Part shown: piece after piece, positions 31,031-41,302 of the stretch
Position numbering within the stretch: the first letter of the stretch is position 1
How the letters are laid out: every line of letters starts with the position of its first letter
Assembly (NCBI GenBank): GCA_963663165.1
Contig: OY760175.1
Span: forward strand, 2,784,001 to 2,848,000
Direction: 5' to 3'
From: an uncultured Desulfospira sp.
Lineage (GTDB): Bacteria; Desulfobacterota; Desulfobacteria; Desulfobacterales; Desulfobacteraceae
DNA: 64,000 nt
Made by a program: the position numbers and the translations under genes
Notes under the pieces: model-generated
What the model was told of the DNA's origin: nothing
The model's database searches: none
The model's input: the letters and a program-made list of their open reading frames with translations, nothing else

Positions 31031-31363
31031 TCAGGGCAGGGGTGGTCCGAATTCAATTTGTGTATCCAGGGTAACCATGACATGGTCTTTAACCCCTTTT
31101 TGGCTGACGTCCTCAATATATTTAATCCGGGTAGGCCTTCGCTGGGCAGGAACGGTTTTATCCGGAAAATGAAAGGTCATGGGGATCACATCCCCTGTTT
31201 TAATGCTCCCGAGAGCAGCTGAATCTTTTTTGATCAAGGCAAACAAGGCGTCACCTTCAGTCTGCCGCACCTTAAAATGGAAAAACAGCCCGGGGTTGCT
31301 CAATTGAAACTCAGCACTGGCGTATGGCTGGGCAGGGACCGAATTCGATTTCAAATTATACAT
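31031..31363 (-). CDS. Hypothetical small protein
   Basis: ORF with AAGGAG and an upstream sigma54 promoter; start either 31363 or TTG 31354. Confidence 0.6.
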   Translation of the reverse strand: MYNLKSNSVPAQPYASAEFQLSNPGLFFHFKVRQTEGDALFALIKKDSAALGSIKTGDVIPMTFHFPDKTVPAQRRPTRIKYIEDVSQKGVKDHVMVTLDTQIEFGPPLP

Positions 31364-31429
31364 CTCCTTGTGAAAGCGGTTAGCTGTTAGCATTCTAACC
31401 GGCTATGTTGATTATTCATCTCCGATAAA

Positions 31430-31445
31430 AGCAACTTGTGTGCCG
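31430..31445 (-). promoter_or_regulatory. Sigma54 -24/-12 promoter
   Basis: CGGCAC-ACAAG-TTGCT on minus strand; IHF consensus TATCAA-N4-TTA at 31451-31463. Confidence 0.75.
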
Positions 31446-31596
31446 TCTGGTAACCCATTGATATTACGGACGCTGGTTCTGTCATATCCAGGCCGGGTTA
31501 CCAAATCGTACTCCCGGGTTACAATATTTGCACCTTTTGTCACCGTCCCCACGGGTTAAATTTAAAAAAAGCAACCAAATCAAAGCGTTAGACCTA

Positions 31597-31612
31597 TGGC
31601 ACGGGGATTGCT
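31597..31612 (+). promoter_or_regulatory. Sigma54 -24/-12 promoter
   Basis: TGGCAC-GGGGA-TTGCT; IHF consensus AATCAA-N4-TTA at 31578-31590. Confidence 0.8.
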
Positions 31613-31675
31613 CCTTTATGGTCCAGGCATGATGCCGCATGGATTAAGCCCTTTAATCATTAAGGAGAAGATCAA

Positions 31676-32008
31676 ATGAACGCAAACCATTTCATCACAG
31701 GCCTGATGATGGCCTTATGCCTGGGGTTCTTTTCACCGGCCTGGGCCATAGAGCCCGAGACGGTGGACCTTCATCCGGCCCCGGCAAAGAGTGCCGACCA
31801 GGCCTACGGCCGGGAAACCATAGTCAAAGGGGTGGTTGAAAAGGCGGATTTCGGCCTTTTTCTGCTATACGGCAAAGGCACTTTCCGGTTGGAAGGGGAC
31901 AAAGAAATGAACAAACTGGCCGGCCGGGCCGTTGAAATCCGGGGGATCCTGAAAAAAGGGGAAAAGGAAGATATTATTCTGGTGCAGCAGGCCAGGGTCC
32001 TGCGGTGA
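31676..32008 (+). CDS. Small exported hypothetical protein (possible OB-fold)
   Basis: Signal peptide ending AWA, RBS AAGGAG, beta-rich mature part. Confidence 0.65.
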   Translation: MNANHFITGLMMALCLGFFSPAWAIEPETVDLHPAPAKSADQAYGRETIVKGVVEKADFGLFLLYGKGTFRLEGDKEMNKLAGRAVEIRGILKKGEKEDIILVQQARVLR

Positions 32009-32079
32009 TTTGTGTTCAGTCACAGGGTTTTGGTCAGCACCGAACCGTATCGGACCAAAACCCTGTGTCCGGGCAGCGT

Positions 32080-32511
32080 TTATACCATCCCGGCAATCTG
32101 TTTTCCGTAGGCCTGGGCTGCCTCAACCCCGTCTTCAACCCAGGAGGCCTTGATCATCAAGGGGCCTGATGCCATTTCCATGTTATAAATATGCTTCATT
32201 GTATCAAATATCCGTTGGTTGGCCTCCCCGCTCCAGCCATAGGCGCCAAAAGCCCCCCCTGGCTTGCCCTGCAACCCGGCCCGTTCAGCCATAAATAAAA
32301 CCTGTTTCATTACCGGCAGCATTTCCCCGTGGTAGGTGGGGGAGCCAAAAACATAGGCATCATATCCGGTCAGATCGGTTTCACTGCTGATTTGATCCCC
32401 GGTTTTGAGCACAGGCTCGTGGCCTGCCTGGCGAACGCCTTCGGCGATTAATTCAGCAATTCCCTTGGTTTCATTGACTCTGGAAGCATACACAATTAGT
32501 ATACGGCTCAT
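32080..32511 (-). CDS. Flavodoxin-like protein
   Basis: YASRVNETKGIAE, GSPTY, FGAYGWSGEA. Confidence 0.88.
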   Translation of the reverse strand: MSRILIVYASRVNETKGIAELIAEGVRQAGHEPVLKTGDQISSETDLTGYDAYVFGSPTYHGEMLPVMKQVLFMAERAGLQGKPGGAFGAYGWSGEANQRIFDTMKHIYNMEMASGPLMIKASWVEDGVEAAQAYGKQIAGMV

Positions 32512-32632
32512 ATTTTCTCCTTTAGATTATTTTTATGAATTGAATTTAGTCGTTTAATTTTATATTATTTGTACAGCAATCGGCAATGGCACAGGGGTTA
32601 AACCGACAACCAGAATAAGGTAATATAAATTC

Positions 32633-33529
32633 ATGACAGAGCCAAGAAAAATAAAACTTTTGCTGGCCTATGACGGGTCTAATCTGGCGGTGGATTCGGT
32701 TCAGTATGTGGGACAGGTTTTTCCTAGTGACAGAACGCATGTGGTTATTTTTTATGTAGAAACCAAAATACCCCGGTCTTTCTGGTGCATGGAAAAAGAG
32801 CTTGATTTCCGTTTCAAAACACCCGAAATACGGGCCAGCATGGCCCAACGGAAAAAAACCATCAAGATGGCCATGGAAAAGGCAAAAAACCTGCTTTTGG
32901 AGTCCGGCTTTCCAGAAGATGCCATTGAAACCCGGGTCCACATCAAAAAGCAGTGCATTGTCAATGATATTATCGAAGAGTCGTACCAGGGATATGACGC
33001 CATCGTCATGGGCCGCAAAGGTAGCAGCCGGCTGAAGGATCTTTTGATCAACAGCCTGCCGGTCAAGCTGTTGGGGAAAATAAAAAATATTCCCCTGATT
33101 GTGGTGGGCAAAAAACCGGACCATAAGAATATTCTGATTGCCTATGACGGGACACTGGCCATTACCAAGGCGGTAAAGTCTTTGAGCAACCTGCTCAGAA
33201 CCCAGGACTGCAAACTGCTGCTGTGCTATGCCCAGCACAACTCCCGCCTGCTGCCGACCCCGAAACAGAAAAAATCCTCTGAAATGTTCACCTTATCGGT
33301 GGATTATCTGCTTGAGGCCGGATTTTCCAAAAATCAGGTGGCCTTTGAGATCATGGAGGGAGAGAAAAATCCCACCCAATGCATTCTCAACAAAGCCCGC
33401 TATGGCGGATACGGCACCATCGTCATTGGCCGCCGCGGATTGTCAACCCTGAAGCGGTTTTTTATGATGCGGGTGGGCAACAGCATTTTCAGAAACGCCG
33501 CCGGCCATGTGGTCTGGGTGGTGCAATAA
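32633..33529 (+). CDS. Tandem universal stress protein
   Basis: Two USP domains: LLAYDGS...IVMGRKG and IAYDGT...IVIGRRG. Confidence 0.9.
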   Translation: MTEPRKIKLLLAYDGSNLAVDSVQYVGQVFPSDRTHVVIFYVETKIPRSFWCMEKELDFRFKTPEIRASMAQRKKTIKMAMEKAKNLLLESGFPEDAIETRVHIKKQCIVNDIIEESYQGYDAIVMGRKGSSRLKDLLINSLPVKLLGKIKNIPLIVVGKKPDHKNILIAYDGTLAITKAVKSLSNLLRTQDCKLLLCYAQHNSRLLPTPKQKKSSEMFTLSVDYLLEAGFSKNQVAFEIMEGEKNPTQCILNKARYGGYGTIVIGRRGLSTLKRFFMMRVGNSIFRNAAGHVVWVVQ

Positions 33530-33917
33530 ATGAAGGAGAACGGAAACCGAAAGATTGGATGTGGTAAACCCTTAAAGGGTAAGCATCCGGTCTTTCGGTT
33601 TGTTTTTTATATGCGCTCCATATCTCAGGCCCCTTAGCTGCCCGCAATGACCACTTCGTCCACCCTGTCCAATTTCGTCCGCAAAAAAACTTCCAAGCCC
33701 CCAATAACCCGCCCTATCCCCCCAAACCCCATATTACAATTCTGTTAAATAAAAATTTACTCTATAATTTAGGCTTGATTTAAATGGAAAAATCTGAGAT
33801 GAATGGAGTTTTTAAAAATTCAGGCGTCCCTGTAACGGGCACCTGAGTTGATTTGGGATAGACGGTTGGATTTTCTGCCTATCTGTGGTGATCAGCAAGT
33901 AAGGTATATAAAAATAT

Positions 33918-35288
33918 ATGGGTTTATTCAGGTTAAAGGGATTTCCGGGAACCGGCAATTTCCCTCATGGTGTCCATCCCCGGGATAACAAAGATCTGTC
34001 CGCCAATGAAACCGTTGAGGTGATGGAAACACCAAAAACAGTGACCCTGCCCCTGCTTCAGCATCTCGGGGTGCCCTGCACCCAGACGGTCAAGTTCGGG
34101 GATACGGTCGGATACGGGCAGATGATCGGCAAAGGAGAGGCCTTTGTGTCGGCCTCGCTTCATTCCCCCATTGCCGGAAAAGTCAAAAAAAATACAGTGG
34201 TCACCCTGCCCAACGGCAGGCACCTGGATGCCATTACCATTCAGGCTGAAGGGGATCAGGTCTCCCCTCAAAAACTCTGGGATGAGATGAAGTCCAAGGA
34301 GTGGCCCAGGGACTGCATCTCCATTTATGATCCACTGACCATTGTCAAAGTGATTCATGATTCCGGCGTTGTGGGCTTAGGCGGGGCCGCATTTCCCACC
34401 CACGTCAAGGTAACCCCCAATGACACCCGGATGATTGATACCCTGATGGTGAACGGGTGTGAATGCGAACCCTATCTGACCTGTGATTACCGGCTCATGG
34501 TGGAAGCCCCCCGGGCCATTGTCGCCGGGGCACTGTTAACGGGCCGGGCCGTATCGGCAAGGGAAATTGTCATCTGCGTTGAGGACAACAAACCCGAAGC
34601 CATAAAAAAACTCACAGAGGCTGTGGAACAAACCGTTATCAAAATTGCCGTACTGAAAACCAAATATCCCCAGGGAAGTGAAAAACAGCTGGTGAAGTCC
34701 GTCCTCGGCCTTGAAATTCCCCTGGGCGGCCTGCCCGCCGATGTGGGGGTGGCCATGAGCAACGTGCAGACCATGGCCACTGTAGCCCGGGGCATTATCA
34801 AGGAAACCCCCTTGACCCACCGGGTGATCAGTGTCTCAGGCCGGGGGATCCGCACGCCCAAAAATATCTTTGCCCCCATCGGGGTTTCCATGGGGGAAGT
34901 CATAGACTTATGCGGGGGCCTGACCCCGGACGCCGCACGGATCATTTCCGGCGGCCCCATGATGGGATTTGCATTTTCAGACCTGTCCGCACCGGTGACC
35001 AAAGGAACCTCCGGGCTTACCATCCTCACCCACGATGAGGTGCGAAGAAGTGACGCCCAGACTCATTGTGTCCGGTGCGGCCGCTGCGTGGATGCCTGCC
35101 CCATGAACCTTGTGCCCACACGGCTCGCTTTGGCGGCCCGGTACAAGAACCCTGCCGTGGCCAGCCAGTACCATATACGTGCCTGTGTTGAATGCGGCTG
35201 CTGCACCTATGTGTGCCCGGCCAGAATAAACCTGGTTCAGCTGATCCGCGCGGGCAAGGTCCAGGTGGCGGCCTGGGAAACTCGATAA
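33918..35288 (+). CDS. rnfC: Rnf complex subunit C
   Basis: GLGGAAFPTHVK, NGCECEPYLTCD, KYPQGSEK, GGPMMG, two ferredoxin motifs. Confidence 0.95.
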   Translation: MGLFRLKGFPGTGNFPHGVHPRDNKDLSANETVEVMETPKTVTLPLLQHLGVPCTQTVKFGDTVGYGQMIGKGEAFVSASLHSPIAGKVKKNTVVTLPNGRHLDAITIQAEGDQVSPQKLWDEMKSKEWPRDCISIYDPLTIVKVIHDSGVVGLGGAAFPTHVKVTPNDTRMIDTLMVNGCECEPYLTCDYRLMVEAPRAIVAGALLTGRAVSAREIVICVEDNKPEAIKKLTEAVEQTVIKIAVLKTKYPQGSEKQLVKSVLGLEIPLGGLPADVGVAMSNVQTMATVARGIIKETPLTHRVISVSGRGIRTPKNIFAPIGVSMGEVIDLCGGLTPDAARIISGGPMMGFAFSDLSAPVTKGTSGLTILTHDEVRRSDAQTHCVRCGRCVDACPMNLVPTRLALAARYKNPAVASQYHIRACVECGCCTYVCPARINLVQLIRAGKVQVAAWETR

Positions 35289-35289
35289 A

Positions 35290-35380
35290 TTAGCTTTTAG
35301 CCATTAGCGGTTAGCTATTCGCTTTTCCATCGGCTAAGCGCTAACAGCTAAAAGCTAATGGCTAAAGGCTAAGCGCTAAC
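35290..35380. repeat. Heptamer TTAGC/GCTAA hairpin between rnfC and rnfD
   Basis: tagcttttagccattagcggttagc...gctaagcgctaacagctaaaagctaatggctaaaggctaagcgctaa. Confidence 0.85.
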
Positions 35381-35396
35381 AAAAAAGGAACAAAAC

Positions 35397-36410
35397 GTGT
35401 CAGACACCAATATACAAATCGACCCGGCTGAACCGCCTGAAAACGAAACCGGGGAAACCCCGGCCATTCATGTGGCCCCCTCCCCCCATATTTCGGAACC
35501 CGGGGTCGGCACCCAGAAAATGATGGTGGATGTCATAATCGGGCTGTCGCCGGCCATGGTGATATCTATTTATTTATTTCGATTTTATGCCGTAAAACAG
35601 ATCCTTGTCTGCGTAATGGCCTGCCTTGCCGCAGAATTTGTGTTTGTGCGCATGCGGGGCCGGGCATTTACCCTAAAGGACTGTTCTGCCGTGGTCACGG
35701 GCATTATCTTAGGCCTTTCCATGCCGGGGTCAGCGCCCTGGTTTGTGGGGGCCTTGGCATCAGTGGTGGGCATCGGGATCGGAAAAATTATCTTTGGCGG
35801 CGTGGGGATGAATATCTTCAACCCGGCCATGGTGGGCCGGGCCTTTGTCATGATTGCCTTTGCCCAGCTCATGGGTGCCGGCTCCTATGAAACCATGACC
35901 GGTCTTGTGGATGCCGTGTCCGGGGCCACCCCGTTAAGCCAGCTGAAATTTAACGGGGCTGCCACGGGGATTGCCTCTTTGTTTACCGGCGTAACCAACG
36001 GGTCCGTGGGAGAGACCAGCGCCGCAGCCTGCCTTGCGGGCGGGCTGTTTCTAGTTTTTAGAAAAACCGCTTCCTGGCAGATTCCGGCGAGCATACTGAT
36101 TACCGTCACCCTCATTGCCGGGATCACGGATGTGGCAGGCTCCCATCACGGCCTGCTTTTGCTGCACCACCTGTTTGCCGGGGCATTGATGTTCGGTGCC
36201 TTTTTCATTGCCACGGACCCCGTAACCTCGCCTTTAACCAACAGGGGAAAATGGATATTCGGCGTGGGAACCGGCTGCCTGATCATGGTGATCCGCCTTT
36301 TTTCCGGATATCCCGAAGGGGTGATGTTTGCCGTTCTGATCATGAATGCCTTAACCCCGCTGATCAACCGCTGGACCATCCCCCAGCCCATGGGACAAAG
36401 GGAGGCCTGA
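35397..36410 (+). CDS. rnfD: Rnf complex subunit D
   Basis: FGGVGMNIFNPA, SGAT FMN site, ATDPVTSP, GYPEGV. Confidence 0.95.
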   Translation: MSDTNIQIDPAEPPENETGETPAIHVAPSPHISEPGVGTQKMMVDVIIGLSPAMVISIYLFRFYAVKQILVCVMACLAAEFVFVRMRGRAFTLKDCSAVVTGIILGLSMPGSAPWFVGALASVVGIGIGKIIFGGVGMNIFNPAMVGRAFVMIAFAQLMGAGSYETMTGLVDAVSGATPLSQLKFNGAATGIASLFTGVTNGSVGETSAAACLAGGLFLVFRKTASWQIPASILITVTLIAGITDVAGSHHGLLLLHHLFAGALMFGAFFIATDPVTSPLTNRGKWIFGVGTGCLIMVIRLFSGYPEGVMFAVLIMNALTPLINRWTIPQPMGQREA

Positions 36411-36411
36411 T

Positions 36412-37098
36412 ATGACATCATTTAAAAACAGCAACCTGGCCCAGGCCTGGCTGGTTCTTGTCCTTGCCACAGTGTTCGGCACCGCCCTGGCCGGTATTCA
36501 GGCCAAATTAGGCCCTGTAATCGAAGACAATAAAATCAAGGAAACCCAGGCCAAAATACCCGGGCTGGTCCTGGGCGAAGACGGTGCCGCAGGCCTTGCG
36601 GCCCAAAACCAATCTTTGAAAGTAAAATCCCGGGTCATTGAAGTTAAAAAAGGCGGCACAACCAAATTTTATACCGTATACGATGCATGGATGCCCGACG
36701 GAAACCTGGCCGGCCATGTGGTCAAGGCCGCAGGCCAGGGCTATGCCGATAAAATCGAACTGCTGGTGGGCCTTAATGCCAATGGAGATAAGATCACCGG
36801 GCTTTTTATCCTGGACCAGAAAGAAACCCCGGGCCTTGGGGCCAAAATTCTGGATGATCCCTGGCGGGCCCAGTTCACGGATGCGTCCACCGGCCAGAAC
36901 CTTACGGTAGTCAAAGGGGGCGGCACCGGCCAGGCCAATGAAATTGACGCCATTTCCGGGGCCACCATATCATCGAGAAGCGTGACCGGCATTGTGAACA
37001 CGGCAGTGGCCGATGTAAAGCCCCGGCTTGGGGAAGATCCCGCCGGTTCCCCCCGGGCGGCCAATGAAACAACCGGTAAAGATAAGGAGCGTTCCTGA
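36412..37098 (+). CDS. rnfG: Rnf complex subunit G
   Basis: ETPGLG, DAISGATISS FMN site. Confidence 0.93.
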   Translation: MTSFKNSNLAQAWLVLVLATVFGTALAGIQAKLGPVIEDNKIKETQAKIPGLVLGEDGAAGLAAQNQSLKVKSRVIEVKKGGTTKFYTVYDAWMPDGNLAGHVVKAAGQGYADKIELLVGLNANGDKITGLFILDQKETPGLGAKILDDPWRAQFTDASTGQNLTVVKGGGTGQANEIDAISGATISSRSVTGIVNTAVADVKPRLGEDPAGSPRAANETTGKDKERS

Positions 37099-37715
37099 TG
37101 GCTGAGCAACCCACGGCCTTAGAAAGATTTGTACAGGGGATACTGCCCGAAAACCCGGTGTACCGGCAACTTTTAGGGCTTTGTGCCACCCTGGCCGTTA
37201 CCAACGGCATGAAACCGGCCCTGACCATGTCCGTTTGCGTGGCCTTTGTTCTGGTCTGCGCCAATGTGGTGGTCAGCCTGATCCGAAACCTCTTAAAACC
37301 CCATCTGCGCATCGTTGTCTTTACCCTGACCATTGCCACCTTTGTAACGGTGGCGGACCGGGTTCTGGCCGCTTACATGTTCCAGATGAGCAAAACCCTG
37401 GGGCCCTATATTCCATTAATTATTGTGAACTGCCTGATCATCTGCCGCTGCGAGGTGTGCGCCTCCAAGCAGTCCGTGGTTACGGCAGCCGCCGATGCCT
37501 TAGGACAGTCCATTGGATTCGGCCTGGCCCTGGCCAGCATTGCCGCGGTCAGGGAGATCCTGGGCACCGGCATGCTCATGGGATTCAGGGTATTGCCCGC
37601 AGCCTGGCCCGACTGGGTGATCATGGTGCTGCCGCCCGGGGCCTTCATTACCTTGGGACTGCTGCTGGGCCTGATGAACTGGATTGACCTCAAAAAGGCC
37701 GAGGCAAAAAAATGA
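37098..37715 (+). CDS. rnfE: Rnf complex subunit E
   Basis: ENPV..LLGLC, IPLIIVNC, LPPGAF. Confidence 0.93.
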   Translation: MAEQPTALERFVQGILPENPVYRQLLGLCATLAVTNGMKPALTMSVCVAFVLVCANVVVSLIRNLLKPHLRIVVFTLTIATFVTVADRVLAAYMFQMSKTLGPYIPLIIVNCLIICRCEVCASKQSVVTAAADALGQSIGFGLALASIAAVREILGTGMLMGFRVLPAAWPDWVIMVLPPGAFITLGLLLGLMNWIDLKKAEAKK

Positions 37716-37743
37716 AAGATTTACAGAATTTGAGGCATAACTA

Positions 37744-38544
37744 ATGGACTATCTTCTGGATATTTTGCTGATTGCCCTGACGGCGTCAGTGATTAATAAT
37801 TTCATATTTTATTATTTTGTGGGCATCTGCCCCTTTGTGGGCGTGTCCAGAAAAGTGGATATGGCTTTTGGCATGGGGTGTGCCGTTACCTTTGTCATGA
37901 GCATTGCCGCCCTGCTCTCCTGGGGCATCACCATCTTTGTGCTGATTCCCGGGGCCCCGGTATCAACCTTTATTGCGGGCTTTTTCACCACCCCTGAAGC
38001 CGCCGCACAGATTGATCTGACCGTCTTAAGTTATATTGTGTACATCTTTGCCATTGCTTCGTCGGTTCAGTTTGTGGAAATGTATGTCAGAAAATTTTTT
38101 CCGCCCCTTTACCAGTCATTCGGGGTGTTTCTGCCCTTAATCACCACCAACTGCGCCATTCTGTTTGCCTGCCTGACCATCATGAGCCATGTGGCGGGGG
38201 TTGACAATCCCAAGGAGATCTGGGACCTGGGCCGCTCCCTTGCCCTGGCCCTTTTCGGCGGACTGGGATTTACCCTGGCCATTGTGATCATGGCCGGGAT
38301 CAGGGAGGAGCTCGAACTGTGCGACGTCCCCAAACCCTTTGAAGGAGCGGCCATCACCCTGGTCATCGGGGGGATTCTGGCCATTGCCTTTATGGGATTT
38401 ACCGGTGTGGATTCAGGGGTGAAAAACGCGTTAAAACCGCCGGCAAAAGTGGCTCAGGTGATGGATACGGCTCCGGTACCGCCGGAAAGCCTGGCCTTGA
38501 TCAAGGCCCAAACCCCGGCCAGCCGGACGGGGGTGCAGCCATGA
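37744..38544 (+). CDS. rnfA: Rnf complex subunit A
   Basis: [22 protein letters not shown]. Confidence 0.93.
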   Translation: MDYLLDILLIALTASVINNFIFYYFVGICPFVGVSRKVDMAFGMGCAVTFVMSIAALLSWGITIFVLIPGAPVSTFIAGFFTTPEAAAQIDLTVLSYIVYIFAIASSVQFVEMYVRKFFPPLYQSFGVFLPLITTNCAILFACLTIMSHVAGVDNPKEIWDLGRSLALALFGGLGFTLAIVIMAGIREELELCDVPKPFEGAAITLVIGGILAIAFMGFTGVDSGVKNALKPPAKVAQVMDTAPVPPESLALIKAQTPASRTGVQP

Positions 38545-39371
38545 TCATCTCCCTTGGCATTGCCGGTGCCAGCATGCTGGTTATGGCCATCATCTTTTCT
38601 TATATTTTGGGATGGGCCAATAAAAAATTCATGGTTGAGGTAGACCCCAAAATCGAGGCGGTCAGGGATGCCCTTCCCGGTGCCAACTGCGGGGGGTGCG
38701 GCTACCTGGGGTGCAGCGACTATGCCGTGGCCATTGTTGCGGACAATGACCCGGTCAATAAATGCACCGTGGGCGGCGAGGCCTGCGCCAAAGCCGTGGC
38801 CGACATCATGGGCGTGGCGGTTGGCGACATGGTGTCCATGCATGCGGTGGTCCATTGCAGTGCCCCTTTATCCCACCGGTTAGGCCGGACCGAATACCGG
38901 GGAGAACCCCGCTGTTCATCCGCCCACCAGGTGGCCGGGGTTCAGGCATGCACCTTCGGGTGCCTCGGGTATGGCGACTGTGTTCTGGCCTGTAATTACG
39001 ATGCCATCCATATCATCGAGGGTCTGGCCCGGGTGGACTACGACAAGTGTATTGGCTGCGGTGCCTGCACCAAGGTATGCCCGAGACACATCATCTCCAT
39101 TGAAGGATTCAAGGAAAAGACCATGCCCGTGGTGGCCTGTTCCAACAAAGACAAGGCAAAAGATGCCAAGGCCGTATGCCAGAATGCCTGTGTGGCATGC
39201 AAAGCCTGCACCAAGGTGTCGGACCTGTTCACCATTTCAAACAATCTGTCCCAATGCGATCTTGACGGCTATTCAGCCCAGAAATATGAAGAGGTGATGC
39301 AGGCCGTGGAAAAATGCCCCACCGGCTGCATTCATTTCATGGGAGCGGGAAACCTCCCCAAGGAGGAATAA
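38541..39371 (+). CDS. rnfB: Rnf complex subunit B
   Basis: [11 protein letters not shown], multiple ferredoxin Cys motifs. Confidence 0.93.
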   Translation: MIISLGIAGASMLVMAIIFSYILGWANKKFMVEVDPKIEAVRDALPGANCGGCGYLGCSDYAVAIVADNDPVNKCTVGGEACAKAVADIMGVAVGDMVSMHAVVHCSAPLSHRLGRTEYRGEPRCSSAHQVAGVQACTFGCLGYGDCVLACNYDAIHIIEGLARVDYDKCIGCGACTKVCPRHIISIEGFKEKTMPVVACSNKDKAKDAKAVCQNACVACKACTKVSDLFTISNNLSQCDLDGYSAQKYEEVMQAVEKCPTGCIHFMGAGNLPKEE

Positions 39372-39473
39372 ACCCCTATTTAATGTCTGAACGAAAACCC
39401 GTGTTTGGGCGAAAAGTTGCCCAGATGGAAATTTTTCTGCAACGCAGCAGATGGGTGACTTTTCGTTCAAACA

Positions 39474-40817
39474 CTATTTATACTCAGCCGGGATAATCCC
39501 GTATTTCTTAATCTTGTAATGGATGGCCCGCTTGCTGATATTGAGCAGGTCTGCCGCTGTTTTCTGGACGCCCCGGGTTTCTTTTAAGGCCCGGATGATG
39601 GTGTTTTTCTCGCTTTTTTCAATGGAAAAATCATCGTGGGTTTCTGCCGTTACAGCGGCCTTTCTGACCGGTTCCAGCTGCAAGTCACCCGGGGTGATGG
39701 TCTGGTTCCGGCACAGGATGGCCCCGGCCTCAAGGGTGTTTTTCAATTCCCGGACATTGCCGGGCCAGGGGTGGGCCTTGAGGATGGCCATGGCCGGGTC
39801 TGAAATCTGTATGGGCTCAATGCCCTGGGCCTTTACATACCTGTCCAGAAAAAATTTTGAAAGCTGAGGGATATCTTCTGTTCTGTCCCGCAGGGGCGGA
39901 ATGGTCACGGCAATTCCCTTGAGCCGGTAATAAAGGTCCTGGCGGAAACCGCCTGTTTCAATGGCTTCCCAGAGATCGGCATTGGTTGCGGCAATGACCC
40001 TGGCATCGACCTTTGTTTCCACCACCGATCCCACCTGGCGGATGGCGCCCTGCTCCAGAAACCGCAACAGGCGGCATTGCATCTCATAAGAAATATTACC
40101 GATCTCATCGAGAAACAGGGTGCCGGTATCCGCCGCCTCAATCAGCCCTTTTTTATCTTTGACCGCATGGGTAAACGCCCCTTTCAGGTGGCCGAACAGC
40201 TCACTTTCCAGAAGACCTGCCGGGGTCGAGCCGCAGTCCACCACCACATAGGGCCGGTCACTGCGGTCCGAGTGCCGGTGGATGTGGGCGGCAATCCGTT
40301 CCTTTCCCACCCCGCTTTCGCCTAAGATCAGCACATTGACCTGGGTTGCAGCCACCTTTTGGATCACCGGATACAGGGCCGCCATGGCCTGGCTTTTGCC
40401 CCAGATAAAATCATCTGTTGATTCTGAAACGGTTTTTACCCTGGCGTCCTTGCCGGATAACACCTGTTTGACCTTTTCCACCAGCAGCTTTCCGTCAAAG
40501 GGCTTGGTCATGTAATCCACGGCCCCGAGCTTCATGGCATCCACGGCATCAGGGATAGTGCCAAAGGCCGTTAAAAAAATGACCGGCAGCCCGGGCAGCT
40601 CCTCACGGATATCCACAAACAGATCCATCCCGTTTTTCCGGGGCATTTTAACATCAGACACCATCAGGTCTAAGGGATGTTCCTTTGCAAGGCGCAGGGC
40701 ACCCGAGGCGCCCGAAGCTTTAAACACCCTGAAGCCTGCCGTTTCCAGCCGGGCTTCAAGCACCTCAAGAATACCGGGGTCATCATCGACAATTAAAATA
40801 TTTTCCCGGGCACTCAT
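39474..40817 (-). CDS. Sigma54-dependent response regulator (REC-AAA+-HTH)
   Basis: [21 protein letters not shown] (GAFTGA variant), WPGNVREL. Confidence 0.92.
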   Translation of the reverse strand: MSARENILIVDDDPGILEVLEARLETAGFRVFKASGASGALRLAKEHPLDLMVSDVKMPRKNGMDLFVDIREELPGLPVIFLTAFGTIPDAVDAMKLGAVDYMTKPFDGKLLVEKVKQVLSGKDARVKTVSESTDDFIWGKSQAMAALYPVIQKVAATQVNVLILGESGVGKERIAAHIHRHSDRSDRPYVVVDCGSTPAGLLESELFGHLKGAFTHAVKDKKGLIEAADTGTLFLDEIGNISYEMQCRLLRFLEQGAIRQVGSVVETKVDARVIAATNADLWEAIETGGFRQDLYYRLKGIAVTIPPLRDRTEDIPQLSKFFLDRYVKAQGIEPIQISDPAMAILKAHPWPGNVRELKNTLEAGAILCRNQTITPGDLQLEPVRKAAVTAETHDDFSIEKSEKNTIIRALKETRGVQKTAADLLNISKRAIHYKIKKYGIIPAEYK

Positions 40818-41302
40818 TGGTTCTTCCTTTTTTCCAGGCGTTCCTGTTCAATGTTTTCCAGAACGGATATCTGATGTTTCAGTGAATCCACCTCTTCCTG
40901 CAATGCGGTTATCTCCTGTTTTAACTGCTTTTGGGCCAGCCGCCCTTTGGCAGCCTGCTCAATCATCTGGCATTCAAGTACTTCCATAAGCCGGATACCA
41001 TTGTCCAGGGCAATAATCAAGGGGTCAGGGGTTTCTTTGCTCAAATCCAGGTCTTCTTCCTGATCCAGAATCTGCCTGGCCTTCTCAAACTGGGCCCTGG
41101 TCTTTGCCAAGGCCATCTGAACACAAGCCCTCAGATAAAACACCGAAGATCTGTCAGCCAAGGGGGACGCCTTAACCGGCTGAAGGACTGGTTCCGGCGT
41201 TGTGGTCCGGCAGCCTGAAACCGGCAGAACAAAAAGGAAGATCAACATCAAAAACAGCACCTGCCGAAACCCTGTTTTAGGACTGGAAAGATAAAATTTC
41301 AT
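40814..41302 (-). CDS. Putative lipoprotein with coiled coil (QseG/YfhG-like position)
   Basis: Lipobox-like VSGC after a hydrophobic stretch; translationally coupled between kinase and regulator. Confidence 0.6.
   Translation of the reverse strand: MKFYLSSPKTGFRQVLFLMLIFLFVLPVSGCRTTTPEPVLQPVKASPLADRSSVFYLRACVQMALAKTRAQFEKARQILDQEEDLDLSKETPDPLIIALDNGIRLMEVLECQMIEQAAKGRLAQKQLKQEITALQEEVDSLKHQISVLENIEQERLEKRKNQ

Noticed and set aside
32587..32602. Sigma54 promoter before the USP gene (TGGCAC-N5-TTAAA)
   Set aside because: The -12 GC dinucleotide is missing
3366..39371. Selenocysteine read-through or frameshifts in the redox genes
   Set aside because: All these ORFs appear full length with Cys at the expected positions; no in-frame TGA is needed
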